Assembly: GCA_951406725.2 (NCBI GenBank)
Contig: OX597827.1
Coordinates: forward strand, 49,104,001 to 49,168,000
Direction of reading: 5' to 3'
Source: Octopus vulgaris
Taxonomy: Eukaryota
DNA length: 64,000 bases
Below, one piece after another: positions 26,363 through 40,088 of this stretch (its first letter is position 1; every line of letters starts with the position of its first letter). Below the pieces are notes generated by a model. It was not told the DNA's origin. It saw only the letters and a program-made list of their open reading frames with translations, and searched no databases. A program made the position numbers and the translations under genes.

Positions 26363-26582
26363 GAAGGCGGATGGCTTAGTGGTTAGAGTGTTAAATTCAT
26401 GAGCGTAAGATTGTGGTTTTGATTCCTGTACCGAGTGATGCGTTGTATTCTTGAGCAAAGGACTTCATTTCACGTTGCTCCAGTCCGCTCAGCTGAGAAA
26501 AATGAGAAATCCTGCGATAGATTGGCGTCCCGTCTACTGAAACCGGAAAACCGGCCCTTATTAGTCTGGCATTGCTCGAGAA
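26363..26582 (+). mobile_element. S3 SINE (head + CORE-like + tail 3)
   Basis: GAAGGCGGATGGCTTAGTGGTTAG..TTCTTGAGCAAAGGACTTCATTTCACGTTGCTCCAG..AACCGGCCCTTA. Confidence 0.8.
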
Positions 26583-26734
26583 CGAAAGAAATATATATTA
26601 AAGAATGCAGCATGCATATCATAAAGAAAAGAAAATATCAAATGCTTAAAATAGGTATTCAGTAACAAACCGGTTTCTCTGAAGTCTTGTGTGTATGTAT
26701 ATTATATGCACATGCATAATATCATTATTGTATA

Positions 26735-27573
26735 CAGGGTACGGTGATTAAACTGTCATCTAAATTATGCAAAATCGAAAATAACACTGGCATCTCATTT
26801 TAACAGATATATTTACAAAAATTACATAAAAATATCTTGAAAATATATCTTGAGTAAATTTATTCAATGAAATGGCCATTGGCTTCAACCACGGTCTTCA
26901 GACAACTTCAGAATGTCCTGCCGCTCTTCTGGACGGTCTCTTTCTTTAAATTAGTGAATGCTACCATAATCCTTGCCTTCAGTTCATCTTTCGTGTTACA
27001 AAGAGTTTTGTTGGTCTCTCTCTCAACTGCGCCCCACACATAAAAATGAAGGGGGTTGCAGTCTGGGATGATGTGGCCACAAAAAATGTCTGAGAGCCAT
27101 GACTGAGTTCTCCTAATTTGTGGCATTGTGCAGAGTTTTGTTGCCAGACATAGGGTCTTCCAGCAGCCACACTCTTGACACAGGGCCGCACTACCTCATC
27201 CAGGTACTTGATGTAGGCCTCCGTATTGAGTGTGAGGCCGTGTAGGAAGATGAATGGAGGCATAACGTCACCATCACTAGTGATCACTCCAAACACCATG
27301 ATGTTGACTGGATATTTGATTTTTATCATTCTCGGTACATGCTCCCAGATTGCACTATCCTTAGATTGACACACAAACACTCTAAGATGTTCGTTTTGGA
27401 GCTTCCGGCACGAATGCCAAGTAGTACAACATGTCGCTTCCAAATTTCTGTTTTTCTCACAGACGGTGCCCAACTGACCCTACTATACTACGAAGTCGAC
27501 AAAATCAAAAGCAAACAATGTGCATACGCGAAATAAATATATAGAATGGCGACAATTTACCCATCGCAACCTG
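26735..27573 (-). mobile_element. Internally deleted Tc1/mariner (maT/DD37D-like) element with TIRs
   Basis: ORF fragments NIMVFGVITSDGDVMPPFIF..RPYVWQQNSAQCH and PDCNPLHFYVWGAVERETN; imperfect TIRs CAGGGTACGGTGATTAAACTGTC and CAGGTTGCGATGGGTAAATTGTC (reverse complement), TA on the left. Confidence 0.88.
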
Positions 27574-29624
27574 TGTACTGATGTATGTATGCATGCATAT
27601 ATATTTCGAAACGTAGAGTAGATGAAACCTTAGCGACTGAAGAACGGGTTTTTTCGTTGTGTTAACTGTCCTGTACTCCATTTTTTGTTGTTTTAAAAAA
27701 AAATGTCCTGTTCCTTTGGTTTGTGTCTATGTTTTCGTTTCTCTATGTGTTCAACGTCCCTTTGGTGTCCTGTACTCATATATGCGTGTATATGTACATG
27801 TAGAGGTAGGTACGTACATATATGTTTATATATATATGCATATGTTTTATTTCTTTTATTAATATATATATATATATAAGTCTATTGTCTCTTCGTTTTA
27901 CTAGTTGTAGAATACAATTTGAGAAAGACTTGCGATTATGTATTTCCAAATCCAGAGTAGAAATTAACTCTGAATAGGATAGAATTTCAGAAAATGATAT
28001 GTTGGTATGGAGAATTGGTATTATTCCTGATGATTTAATTATCAATTATCCATGGTACAGCCTCTAGGAACTCGCACTATCTTTAATGAATAGCAACTTA
28101 TCTACATAAAATGATTACTCTCTACTATATATCCCCAAAAGATACAATGCTATAGCAAAAATACCGCTCCAAATTTGCAGAAGTGTGTACATATATGCAC
28201 ACACATATTTCTCTCCCTCCTTCTCTCTCTCTCTCTATCTCTCTCTCTCCATACACACACACACACACACATATGGTACATTATACACTGAAGACAAAAG
28301 CATTCTTATTCGGTGCTAGTAACAATTGATAATTTTCAAGCCTTTAATTATATATTACCGTATGAAAAAAAGAGACAAATATTGCATAAAGTAAGCACAG
28401 AATATGTAGAACGGTGTGACGCTTCTAGATGGAGAGTCTTGGCTCATAGGTCAATTTGATTTGATCAACGATGACCCGGAAACAAAGCAATAAACATAAC
28501 AAAAGAAAGTTCACAACAAAATGTCGGATTTTTTCCTCCTGTCAATTTTATATTAAACTGTCAGCTAATAACATTATATATCCCCCCCCCTTCTGCCATT
28601 ATGATTGGCTGCTCTATCTTAAAGCTAATTCTAAAATAACTCTGATAACAAAACACTAAATATATTTCCCTGGGAAGTTGGTCGTGAACCGTGAACTGTA
28701 TTAATTGTGCCGTCTACGTAGATTTTCCCTACAAATGTCAATTTAAAATAGATGATGTCTTTCGCAGACAACTATATCTGATAATCGTTAGAAAGAAATT
28801 TTTCTATCCTTTATATCTTTCGGTATATCTTAATGTTGATATACTCTTAAAAGCTACAGAACTGCAGTATTAGTCTCTAGTCAGTATCTCGTATAGACAT
28901 CACAGAAGTGTTTCGGCAGCAGATGAAAAGTGTACAGAAGCGGTGATAGAATTGCTAAATCCTGATTTCTTCTTTGAGCGTCATCAGTATCAAATATCCA
29001 CAAACAACCAATTTCTGAAACAAATTTAACTTCAACTAATAGAGAAAAACAGTGATTAACAAATCACTGGTGCCGCAAGTAGCTTGCGAGCTGGGTAAAA
29101 ATGTATTAGTGTTATTAGTTCAACATACATTATACTTATTAGTTCAAATATATCATATTTAACGTGGAAATCCACAAAACTGTAGAGATTCCCCAAACTG
29201 CCATATTTGTAGCCACGTTAAGTAAGCTATACAGAATGTTACTTTGAACTAATACTGATTCTGCCGCTATAAATGAATTCTCTTTCTTTTATTTTATTTA
29301 TTTGAAATCTTAATTCGTGAACAACAACAACGTCCTCAGTGTCAGGTTCCACATAATGCCATATATCCAACCTAAATCTGTAATAGCGTTCCACAGAACA
29401 CACTTCCTTTTCTTCTATTCTTTCTTCTCTCTTTGCTTTTCCTTAATAAAAAAGAGGGTCATTGTACGTAACTTAGAACGCTTTATTCCTTATCCTTCCT
29501 TTCAGCGTCAAACTATTATTATATTCTTTATACAGCTGGTTTGCCATTACATTTAAGATGGAAAGAGTAAGGAATAAAACAAAAATAAGGCAGAAATAAA
29601 GATATATGAAGGAATAAATAGACA

Positions 29625-30150
29625 GTATATCAAATTATGATTTATTAACCTAGATTTACATTTAAACGCAAAATTATTCTTGTGATCCTTGATCATGATA
29701 AAAGCATTATGCTTTGCTAGTGTCTCTACTCTGTCATTAAAAGCTATGTTCTTTGCAGCAATATATCATTATATGCTTCTGGCTTGCTTTCATATAATTT
29801 TCTGTAATGCTATTATTTTGGATCTGTCCATATAACCTATCATCTACTTCATAAAAGTTCTTAGATTTGTCTGAGAATAACAGCTTTCTATGGCTTTTGT
29901 TTTATGCTAATATCAGCTTTAAGTTACTTTTGGAAAGAGGTTGAGGATTTACAGAATGTACTGGTCAATATTATATCCAGAAACTCCGTTTTGAATTTTT
30001 TAGGTGTTTGGATCTATCTATGGTGGGTATCTTCGTGATTTTATTTCAGTCTTCGTTACAGTTTTTTCATACCAGAACAAAAACATACTTTCCACCCCAT
30101 ATACCTAATGAGGTCCACAGTGACTAATCATTCTATTTTGGCTTTATACA
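29625..30150 (-). mobile_element. Penelope-like element ORF remnant (region N-terminal to RT)
   Basis: Collinear LIRYMGWKSMF, KSRRYPP, FQK*LKADI, DKSKNFYEV..SITENYMKA, DRVETLAKHNAFIMIKDHKNNF..SRLIN. Confidence 0.8.
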
Positions 30151-30180
30151 TACATAAATACATACATACATATATATATG

Positions 30181-30230
<50 letters not shown>

Positions 30231-30313
30231 CATTTCAAAATGTAACCACATGTGGATCGTTGGCGATTTTTTCCTTCCCTCTTCCATTTCTTTTGCATTT
30301 TCCTCCGTGTAAT

Positions 30314-30348
30314 TTTTCTGACGAAGAGCTTTGCTCGAAACGTAAAAC
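30314..30348 (+). ncRNA. Minimal hammerhead motif (short stem III) in a PLE-type repeat at ~30245-30445
   Basis: TTT-CTGACGA-A-GAGC-TTT-GCTC-GAAA-CGTA-AAA; palindromic ACGT stem III. Confidence 0.7.
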
Positions 30349-30442
30349 TACATTTTTTTCCATCCCCGAGCGTCTGCTAATATTTTGCGTTGCTATATTT
30401 TTCCTCATGTTGTTGTTTTTTCTTGTGTTTTCCTCGTTTTTT

Positions 30443-30493
<51 letters not shown>

Positions 30494-30494
30494 C

Positions 30495-30532
<38 letters not shown>

Positions 30533-30605
30533 CTTATATCCATCCTTTTCCAAAATAACTCTTAACGTTGAACTCTGCTATTTCCCTCTAGTTAACTCTC
30601 ATATC

Positions 30606-30653
30606 GTACCTGATGAAGGGATATCCCTAATATCCCTTGAAACAGATGTAAGA
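30606..30653 (+). ncRNA. Minimal hammerhead motif in a PLE-type repeat at ~30530-30720
   Basis: CTGATGA-AGGGATAT-CCCTA-ATATCCCT-T-GAAAC-AGAT-GTA-AGA; same family as 12813-12857; stem I is poor in this copy. Confidence 0.7.
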
Positions 30654-30848
30654 CTACTTTTCGCTTTATAAGTGTCCTACAGGTTCCACACAGCCTTGGC
30701 TTTGTTGCCTCATTTTATTTAACATATACATGCTCACACAAGACCTGCACTAGACGTCTCACTCATATTATTATAGAACCGAGAGTAGCACTTACATAGC
30801 CTTACCTGCCATCTTAGGTCTTCTGAATACCAATAACTCTTATATCAT

Positions 30849-30947
<99 letters not shown>

Positions 30948-31042
30948 TAATCCAAACAAGAAAACTCAAAAACAAACACAGCAACGCGAAGACGTGGAAC
31001 AAATAAAGTATTATTGCACGCTCAGGAAAGAAGGGAAGGAGG

Positions 31043-31077
31043 GTTTAACGTTTCGAGCGGAGCTCTTCGTCGGAAAC
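31043..31077 (-). ncRNA. Minimal hammerhead motif (CCGACGA variant) in a PLE-type repeat at ~30945-31085
   Basis: Minus strand GTTT-CCGACGA-A-GAGC-TCC-GCTC-GAAA-CGTT-AAAC. Confidence 0.62.
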
Positions 31078-31456
31078 AAAGGAGAATATAATATATATAT
31101 TATACTTTCTATTCTTTCTTACCAGATATACAAATAACTGTCCACATGGCCCAAAGAACCTTTTGATTGATGAAAATTGATAAACGTATTTCAGTTATAT
31201 ATTCGTTGCTTCCAAAATTAATACCATATCACCTGATGAAAAGAACGCATGAGCTAAGATCCTCCTGATGTCCATGGATATTATAGATTGTACTGTAATC
31301 ATCGCGGAAGTAGGTGATTTGTGGAAACACGCGTTGCGATGCAGTAAAAACGTAAAATTACCAACCACCTCCCTGACGTTTTGGACAAAGTCTTAAAAGA
31401 CTGCATCCAGTGAGTCGGGCCAGAAATTATCTATTACATTCATCTCATCGACGTCA

Positions 31457-31785
31457 TTTCGATTCCCAGACCGGGCGTTGTGAGTGTTTATTGAGCGAAA
31501 ACACCTAAAAGCTCCACGAGGCTCTGTCAGGGGATGGTGGTGATCCCTGCTGTACTCTTTCACCACAACTTTCTCTCGCTCTTACTTCCTGTTTCTGTTG
31601 TACCTGTATTTCAAAGGGCCAGCCTTGTCACTCTCTGTGTTACGCTGAATATCCCCGAGAACTACGTTAAGGGTACACGTGTCTGTGGAGTGCTCAGCCA
31701 CTTACACGTTAATTTCACGAGCAGGCTGTTCCGGTGATTCGGATCAACCGGAACCCTCGTCGTCGTAACCGACGGAGTGCTTCCA
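31457..31785 (+). mobile_element. 5'-truncated S3 SINE (central B + tail 1)
   Basis: GAGCGAAAACACCTAAAAGCTCCACGAGG followed by the tail shared with 15819-16133. Confidence 0.85.
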
Positions 31786-33027
31786 TCCATCCATCATCGG
31801 CGTCCTCAGTGAGCACTACTAGTTACTTCGGCTCATAGATAGAGGAATTCTCCTAGTTCTACTCATTGCTGCAGAAGAATAAAATTTCGCCGATCAACCG
31901 TCATATATAATCTAAGGACTGATAGCCAGAGCAAATAAGCCGGTTGCACAAACAATTGCCTGACCGCTCACACTGCCCGTATCTCAGGGATTATAAGGAT
32001 TTTGCTGTACCTCGCGTCTTCTGAAGAGCTCTAGGAGTAGGCACAAAAATTTAGTTTCAGAATTACCAACATTTAAGAACTGTGAAGTAACTGGAACTAT
32101 GAACAGTCAGTCAAGAGAGTCGATAGTCCAAGGTTGTAACCGAGAATAGTTATAAATCAAATGTAATCTAAAGCTGTCATTAGTTTTGTCCCTCATAAGA
32201 ACTGATACTGGCAAAACAAGCATACATACGAACTGTTAGCGGGTGCCAAGCCTTACAATTGACTTTATCCAACCATTTTTGAAGTCAGTTATCCATATTG
32301 CTCTCAAAAAATAATGTACTATCTTATATTGTTTAGAACATTACTATTTTTAAATCTCACAACGAGAGATATTCAGCAACAGTACTTTGCAGTAAAGATT
32401 GTTTGCCAACAAAACATGGCAATCCTGGTTTAGGACGAATGTTGCTGTAATTTAGCCCCAAGAGACATCATCTCCAGCTGGTTATACGCACGATCGAAGA
32501 AAGGCATCTAGCACCCCCACTCAACTCAAAACAATATCTGTGTATCACGATTTCCAGTTTATATTGTCTAGTACATCAAAGTGGTAATATTGTTCATAAA
32601 TTCAAACGTTACTTAGTCGCTTATTTAATTCAGATTGATTAAGGTGCACCGATTAATTATTACAGAACTAATAGAATATTAGCTTTGGTTAAGGGAAATT
32701 CAGCTAATTATTACTCAGGGAAAATAGTTAATGAGAAAAACAACGAGAAAGTAGCAAAGGTCTCAGTGAAATTTCAGAGGAGATAATCAATATATAGAGA
32801 TAGCAATAATCAGTGTCAGTTTCTTTAACATATAATACTTAAATAGAAATATAATGGGGAATAATTTAAAAGACAATGTGGACAATGCCGTTGGGGGGAA
32901 GGCGGCGTTGACATAAACGAGTGAATGTGTATAATAGACTAATGAAAGTAGTGTAGGCAATAATCGGGATCAACATAGATAAAAATGTGTCGGTTAAATA
33001 TCGAAATTTAGAGAGATTAGTTATATT

Positions 33028-33242
33028 AGTTTCAAATTTTAGCACCAGGCCAGCAATTTCGGGGAGGGGTTAAGTCGATGAAATTGACCCCAGTGCTCGA
33101 CTGGTACTTACTATATCGACCCCGAAAAGATCAAAGGTAAAGTCAACCTTGGTGGAATTGGAACTCAGAAACGTAAAAAACGGTCAAAATGTCGCTGAGC
33201 ACTTTGCTTGGCTTGCTAACAATTCTGTCAGCTCACCGCCTT
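33028..33242 (-). mobile_element. S2 SINE monomer with the alternative (CAAAATTTGAAA-type) tail
   Basis: S2 head and central domain, different 3' part. Confidence 0.8.
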
Positions 33243-34667
33243 AGAGCGAGAGATCAGTTATACTGGCGTTATGGAGATAGGAGTCACAACAGCTAGAATT
33301 AATACGAAAGGAAAAAACCGAACCGATAGCCGTATTCAATAAAAGATGAAAATCCATAAATCTCAACATTTCTATGAAGCAATATTGTCACTTTTAGATT
33401 AGATAAATTGGACAGATTACTGTTAATACTAATTTAAAATATTCAGAAGTATTAAGAAATTATTCAAAGAATTTATAAGGATTATAAAGAACTAGAAAGC
33501 CCATAACCAGGTAGGATGAAGCAAATATAAAGATACCACTCAAGATTAGAAGGAAATTGATTAAGTCATTAGATTGTAAATTATATAAAATTACAATCAC
33601 CAGTGTACGTTCTTAGAACTAAGAATACTCAAAAGTAGCTTAAATGTGATCCTGTAATTAATGATAAATTTTAGGATAGGCTACCTAAATATAATCCATG
33701 TTGTCTATATTGTATGGTTATAGATAGGTATCTGATAATCGACTTATAGAATAGGTTTAAAGTTTTAAAATGATGTACGGATAAAATGTGGGCATTTGAT
33801 CTTTAATCAGATATATTAATACCATCACCTGCATATTTTAAGATTCCCAACAACTCGAAACAGCGGAGATTGCCACAATACCTATCACTAACATAAGGAT
33901 TAATGTATCTAGCGATTCCCCATACTAAATGAAAATCGATAGTTTGTACTTTACTTCCCAGACCTTCGTGGAGAATGATGTTGCTTTGGCTTTCTCTCAT
34001 AATGAAACGATTGTAGCACTAACAGATAACTCGTTCGTCTGTTTTTCTTAGGATTTTAAACTACACTCACGGTTTCATTTATGTTTGGATACTATTGGAG
34101 TTTCCAAACATCAGCAAATTCCCCACTCATCAGTGCATTCTATGCTATTTTAGTAGATTACCTGTCTGATTTGCATCATCTGTCAAGACATATTCCTACA
34201 CCCAATGTGTGTGTGTGCTACACGATCATATGGTTGTGCGTACGGTTCCTCAACCGGGCCAATCGTTGTGTCCTTAAGCAAGGCTCTTAATAATACGTTG
34301 CTCCAATTTACTCGGTTGAATATATCTACCAGCCTTAATGCATGTACAACCCGCTCAACTTTCTGTTGAACCGCTTCCATGTTCTGCTGGGTCAATATGG
34401 TGAGAGGGACATAGAGGGCATTTTGATTTACTCGCGACACCAACGCAGTGTAAACAAGTAGCGGAAGCATGCAGCAAGGGCATACTCCCTTGTTTATGAC
34501 GGCGATGTTAGTAGGCATGTGTGTGTGTGTATACGTATACAGATAGATAAATGTATGTGTGTGTGTGTGTGTGCATGTTTTCCAATTTAGTATGTGCTTT
34601 CAAATATAAATATTTGCGATCACGTATATGTAAACGTAGACATATGAATACAAATAAACATAGAAGG

Positions 34668-34714
<47 letters not shown>

Positions 34715-35599
34715 GTTATACTCACTTAACCCATTATATAGTATATAGATTACAGTATAATATAGTATTATCGAAAAAAAAACGTTACTATTTTTTATTA
34801 CAAAATAAAATCTGTTATGAATGAAAGCACGTAAACACAGCTGTTTACGTCTGTCGTCTGTTTCAGTGATTTTTATCTTTCTTAAGATCTAGTCCTTGTC
34901 AGAAATGAATATCAAAGCAATTCTATTGTTCATTTTTATTTTATTTTTTTATGCAATCTGATCTATTTTTTATGTATACTATTTATTCAGATTTTCGATA
35001 TTTTCATTATTATATTTTTATAGTATTGTTAAAGTTTAAGATATTATTTGTATATTTAATATTTTTTTTAATCTATGAAAGTTTCAAAACCGATAGTTCT
35101 AGAATGAATATTTGATTACTTTTTTTTTTCTTGTCACCGCGCTGGGGTGCATCTATTTGCTCCACCATCCTTCAAGGTACAGCTACCAAATTTATTTTAA
35201 ATCATATCCTGCGTTCATAAGAAAAAAAAGGAATGATATATAATTGACTGGTAGATGTACTAAGTCTGGAAGAATAACAGGAAGGTCAACTCTTGAAATC
35301 TTTTAAATATGAACCTATAAAACAGACCTGACTTGGAGTTATTCAGTAGACAAAATAAGGAGTTTTGATATAAGTACAAAGCCAGAAATTTTGGAGAATT
35401 AGGTCGTCGATCCTATTGACCTTAAGACAGATGTAATTCAGAGGTATTGTAGTTACCCTTAATGAATGAATGGCATAGCAGGGCTCGGTGGGATTTGAAC
35501 TCAGAATGTAAGAAATCGAAACAAACATCGCATGTCATTTTATCCGACACTCTAATGCTTCTATCAGTTTTTAAATCCCTAGTAACAACTACTACAAAG

Positions 35600-35805
35600 T
35601 CGGCGAGCTTGCAGAATCATTAAAACATCACACAAAATGCATAGTAACATTTGCTCAGACTCTTTACGTTCTAAGATGAAATAATCCTTACGTGGTCGAC
35701 TTTGCCTTTCAACTTTTCTGAGTCGATTAAATATGAACTGATCGAGCCATCGATTAACCCGTACTCCTAAAGTTGCTGACCTTGAACCAAAATTTGAAAC
35801 CATTG
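35600..35805 (+). mobile_element. Degenerate S2 SINE
   Basis: GGCGAGCTTGCAGAATCATTA..GTCGACTTTGCCTTTCA..AAATTTGAAAC. Confidence 0.7.
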
Positions 35806-36754
35806 TTATTAAGTGATACCTGGGCTGCATGTTTCGTGCATGGCACTTATCAATTTATAATTATATGAAACACGCAAGTGATTATATACATGTGCACAGT
35901 AGCAGTATTTTCTTTTAAAATGTTTGTATACTAAACAGTATCACGGCTTTCGTCTACTCGTGCGTGTGTTTCTGTGTGCGTGCATTGCATCAGTCTGTAG
36001 CATCATAGCAATCACAATTATAGATTCGTAAGTAGCAGACACCACTGTCCGACTTGACACTAAGTTCCCAATTACTCGATCACGCGTGTGTGTGGTTTAT
36101 CCCTGTCTGTGTATATGTATTCTGCTACTGTTTATGGCGTTGTCACTGTCGTGGGACTTTAGCCACACGTTAACTCTAGAGAAGTGCATCGAGAGAAATG
36201 AAAGACAGCCTTGATGTGGCCATCCCGTCTGTTTAGTGGATTTATGTAAAACTACAGTATCTGTCCCGTGTCTTTATATCTAAACCTCAATATATTATTT
36301 CAGGAAAATTTGGTTGTGGCTTCTTCAGTGACTCCTATTGTCACTGTTGTTGGCGTTAATTTAATTTTCTATCATTACTATCCTTTAACCCCAGGTCAAA
36401 CATGCTCCAGCCGGAACCATTTTGATATATGAGAAGTATCTAGGGTTATATAATGTGGCCTTCCCATTTTTAAGGCGTTAAGAAGAGAGGGAGATTTCGT
36501 GGTTATTGATAGCAAGATGAGGTGCTACTTAGATGATCACTTCTGTTGATGCTGCAGCAGTAGTTGTTGCAGCTGTATTGCTGCTGTTGCAACCATACAG
36601 TTTTTCTGCTCCTGTTTTTTTTTTTCCTATTGCTTCTGTTGGATGAATTATTGTCGCTACAGTTGTTGTTGTTGCTTTGCTACTGTTGTTAAGTAACTCA
36701 CGCTGTCATAAGTTACTTTTCTGCGGTTGATGTATCTGTTATTACTACATTTCT

Positions 36755-37172
36755 TGTTTCTTTATTGCCCGCAAGAGGTCTAAACACAGAGGAGACGAAC
36801 AAGGACAGACAAGGAGATTAAGTCGATTACATTGATTCCAGTGCGTAACTGGTACTTATTTAATCAACCTTAAAAGGATGAAAGGCAAAGTCGACCACAG
36901 CGGAATTTGAACTCAGAACGTAGCGGCAGACGAAATACCTATTTCTTTACTACCCACAAGGGGCTACGCACAGAAGGGACAAACAAGGACAGACAAACGG
37001 ATTAAGTCGATTACATCGACCCCAGTGCGTAACTGGTACTTATTTAATCGACCCCGAAAGGATGAAAGGCAAAGTCGACCTCGGCGGAATTTGAACTCAG
37101 AACGTAGCGACAGACGAAATACCACTAGGCATTTCGCCCGGCGTGCTAACAACTCTGCCAGCTCGCCGTCTT
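36755..37172 (-). mobile_element. S2 SINE tandem dimer
   Basis: Same GAAATACCTATTTC junction at 36932. Confidence 0.88.
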
Positions 37173-37689
37173 TTATTCCTACATCTCTACTATTGCCGTT
37201 GTTAATGCTGTTGAGCTGATACTGTTGATAGTTACGATAATACAGACGTTGATGATTCTCTTGTTTTAGTTGTTATTGCTGTTGTTGATATTGTTGATGA
37301 TGTGGTGAATAATTATGTTACTGCCTTTGCTGCCGTTTTTGATTATCCTATCCCTATTGTTGCTGATATTACGGTTACTGTTGTTATTCTTGTAGCTGTT
37401 GTTTAGCTTTTCGAATGGCTCTATCCATCTATAGACGTCTACAGTTACCATTTCAGCAGCTCTGTTGATTTGAAACGTGATTCCCTTTCAGTATCGCATT
37501 TATTTTGTTATTCCTTGGAGATAAGCCATATGCGATAGGCCAGGGTCATACCCAAGAAAGAATATGGTGTCTAATCAATTCACAATCTGGAAAGTAGAGA
37601 TAAGCTCCGGTTTGACTGACTTTCTTTATAGCTCATCCCTTGTTAATAATTAACAGTATACCGATACGAACATATTTGATGCAGTAAAT

Positions 37690-37890
37690 AGGTGTGGGGG
37701 AGAAATGCTTCACTAAAGATTCTCCTCTTTCAGCTGAAAACTTGAGGTTATCACTACATCCAAACAGCTGGTCCAAATGCAGTAGGAAAAATAAATACAT
37801 CTGCGAGGATCTGAACAGAAAGCACCCCGCCATGGTCCGAATTGTGTTTTCACTGTCATATCAACGCATCTCTACAAACCGGAATCCATT
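37690..37890 (+). mobile_element. Possible ancient mariner remnant
   Basis: KQLVQMQ and LNRKHPAMV resemble mariner QL..LRxKRPALV. Confidence 0.3.
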
Positions 37891-38084
37891 GAACGGCTTT
37901 CGTTCTCTCATATGAAATAGCACGAACGTTAGCTCTCTCAACACAACCTTCTTACACCGAATCAGAGAAATAATCGAGCGCCATTTTTGCCGCTAAGCGC
38001 ATTGCTCTTCTAACCTGCTGACTTGTTCCTTTTCTTATCATTTTCTTCCATGCCGTGAACGACGCATTCAGCGTTCTATGAATA

Positions 38085-38475
38085 TTGATTTCAAATTTCG
38101 GCACAAATCCCGCAAATTCGGAGGAGGGGATAAGTCAAATAAATCGACTCCAGTGCTTAGTCGATCTCAGCAGAATTTGAACTCAGATTGTAAAGACGGA
38201 CCAAATGTTGCCGAGCGCTTAGTCCAGCGTGCTAACGATTCTTAATTCTTTACTACCCACAAGGGGCTACACACAGAGGGGACAAACAAGGACAGACAAA
38301 CGGATTAAGTGGATTATATCGATCTCAGTGTGTAACTGGTACTTATTTAATCGACCCTGAATGGATAAAAGGCAAAGTCGACCTCGGCGGAATTTGAACT
38401 CAGAACGCAGCGGCGGACGAAATACCGAAAAGCATTTCGCCCGGCGTGCTAACGATTCTGCCAGCTCGCCGCCTT
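38085..38475 (-). mobile_element. Two adjacent S2 SINE copies (older ~38085-38240, younger ~38245-38475)
   Basis: S2 head, B box and tails. Confidence 0.82.
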
Positions 38476-40088
38476 ACGTTTTATTACTATTAACTATGCA
38501 GATCACAAATTTGTAGACAGTGTAGTCGACCAGTCGAAATTTTTTAAGACTTAGCTATCTTTAGCTGCCGAATTAAATACTCTAGTAACATAATATCTGG
38601 ATAAACTGATGCAATTTTGCTTTCATGCACATTTCCACATTCGAAAAATAGATTTGATACACGTCAGAAAACTGAAACTATATCAAGAGAGTTAACAATT
38701 TTTGACTAATTATAATGACCTGACATTGCCACGAACGCTTCCAGGCATCCTGAAGATGTCAGACCACCCGCTGCAGTTCATAAAAAACGGTTACTAGTTT
38801 GAATGCTGCGCTTTTTCTGTTGTGTATGCCGATGACCAGTGACTTACAATGCTAGATTACATAGATTACCCATACTTCTAGATTCAAATATTCGTAAACA
38901 ACATTGCTACCCCTGTAGGTTCGACTAAGATATATGTTCACCTCGTTGTCATAGAATCTGATCGATGCACGTTTATTCATTTATATCGTCTGTATTGTGT
39001 TTTCTGCGAGGACAGCACTCATTTTTAGGTTACGGTTTTCTACTTCGAAAATACGGCAACATTTTATGCTGTTACACTTTCTGCTTCATCTTCTGTTGTT
39101 GTTACTATCATGTTGGCTGCACGTTCGGGTTTACTTTATTTTAGCCCCCAGTGGTTGGCGCTACTGCAAGTACACTCCCTGACCCTCTTGTTTTTCTATC
39201 AAAATACTTATCCCCACTCTCCAAATAATGTTGGTGATCTCTCGCATACTTTTACGCTTGAGTCTCTGCACTCCCATTCTGTGTTCCCACTAGTTATTTT
39301 AGGGTGTTGAAATCGAGTTGACAGTCTCCTCATACTCCTTATGAGATATCAGTTATCCCCTGCCTCGCACAGAACAGCAGTAATAAACACCCATCGAAAG
39401 AGCATGCTCGACAATTTACGTAGCTTCCTCGTCGCTAAAGCATGAGACCAACACTGTCCCATATGGTTTTCTTTTCATAACCTGCCATGTGCTCCGCTTC
39501 ATAACCTGCCATGTGCTCCGCTTCACTTCCTTCATTTTCACAAACAATATACAAACAGGTGGAAAAGCAAATGTGCAACAACAGCAACAACAATATCGGT
39601 TGGTGCAACAACTGTCACTTTTTACTGTTTAATTCTAGGTCAGACCTGATGTCGCAAGTCCAAGATCAAAGGCATATCATACCTTAATATTTCTGACGGA
39701 TTTCAGATTTATCTGGATTTCTCACTTCGACCTTAAGTTACTTTTAGCAGAGCCCGTTCTGTTGACATCAATCGAGCCACGTATCCTGCTTTTCTCTCTT
39801 TTTGTCCGTTTCCGAAAAGAATCCCTTATAAATAGTCACGAACGCTCTCCTTCCTCATCTGATAATCTCGTGGGGAAAAAAAAACTACATTTCTGAACTC
39901 GGAAGATTTGGCTGCTATTACGAGCAGGTCGAATCACTACGTAGAAAGTCGTTGGCGGCGTCTTGACGTTGTTATTGCAGTTGTTAATGTGGTTTCGACC
40001 GAGATCAGTTCTGATGCAGGGTACCTATGCAAAAAAGTTGTTCCTACCATGTCCAGACCATCTTTTCTTTAAACATTTAATTGGGACT

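Noticed and set aside
27601-27785. GAAACGTA..CTGAAGA hammerhead-like boxes
   Set aside because: No consistent stems could be drawn
31230-31340. CTGATGA..GAAAC near a possible PLE ORF end
   Set aside because: Boxes are far apart with no stem II
34183-34518. ORF with DIFNRVNW resembling RT AFDRVNW
   Set aside because: Only one weak motif; possibly an old LINE remnant but not supportable
39474-39525. 24-bp exact tandem duplication
   Set aside because: Ordinary slippage event with no functional signal
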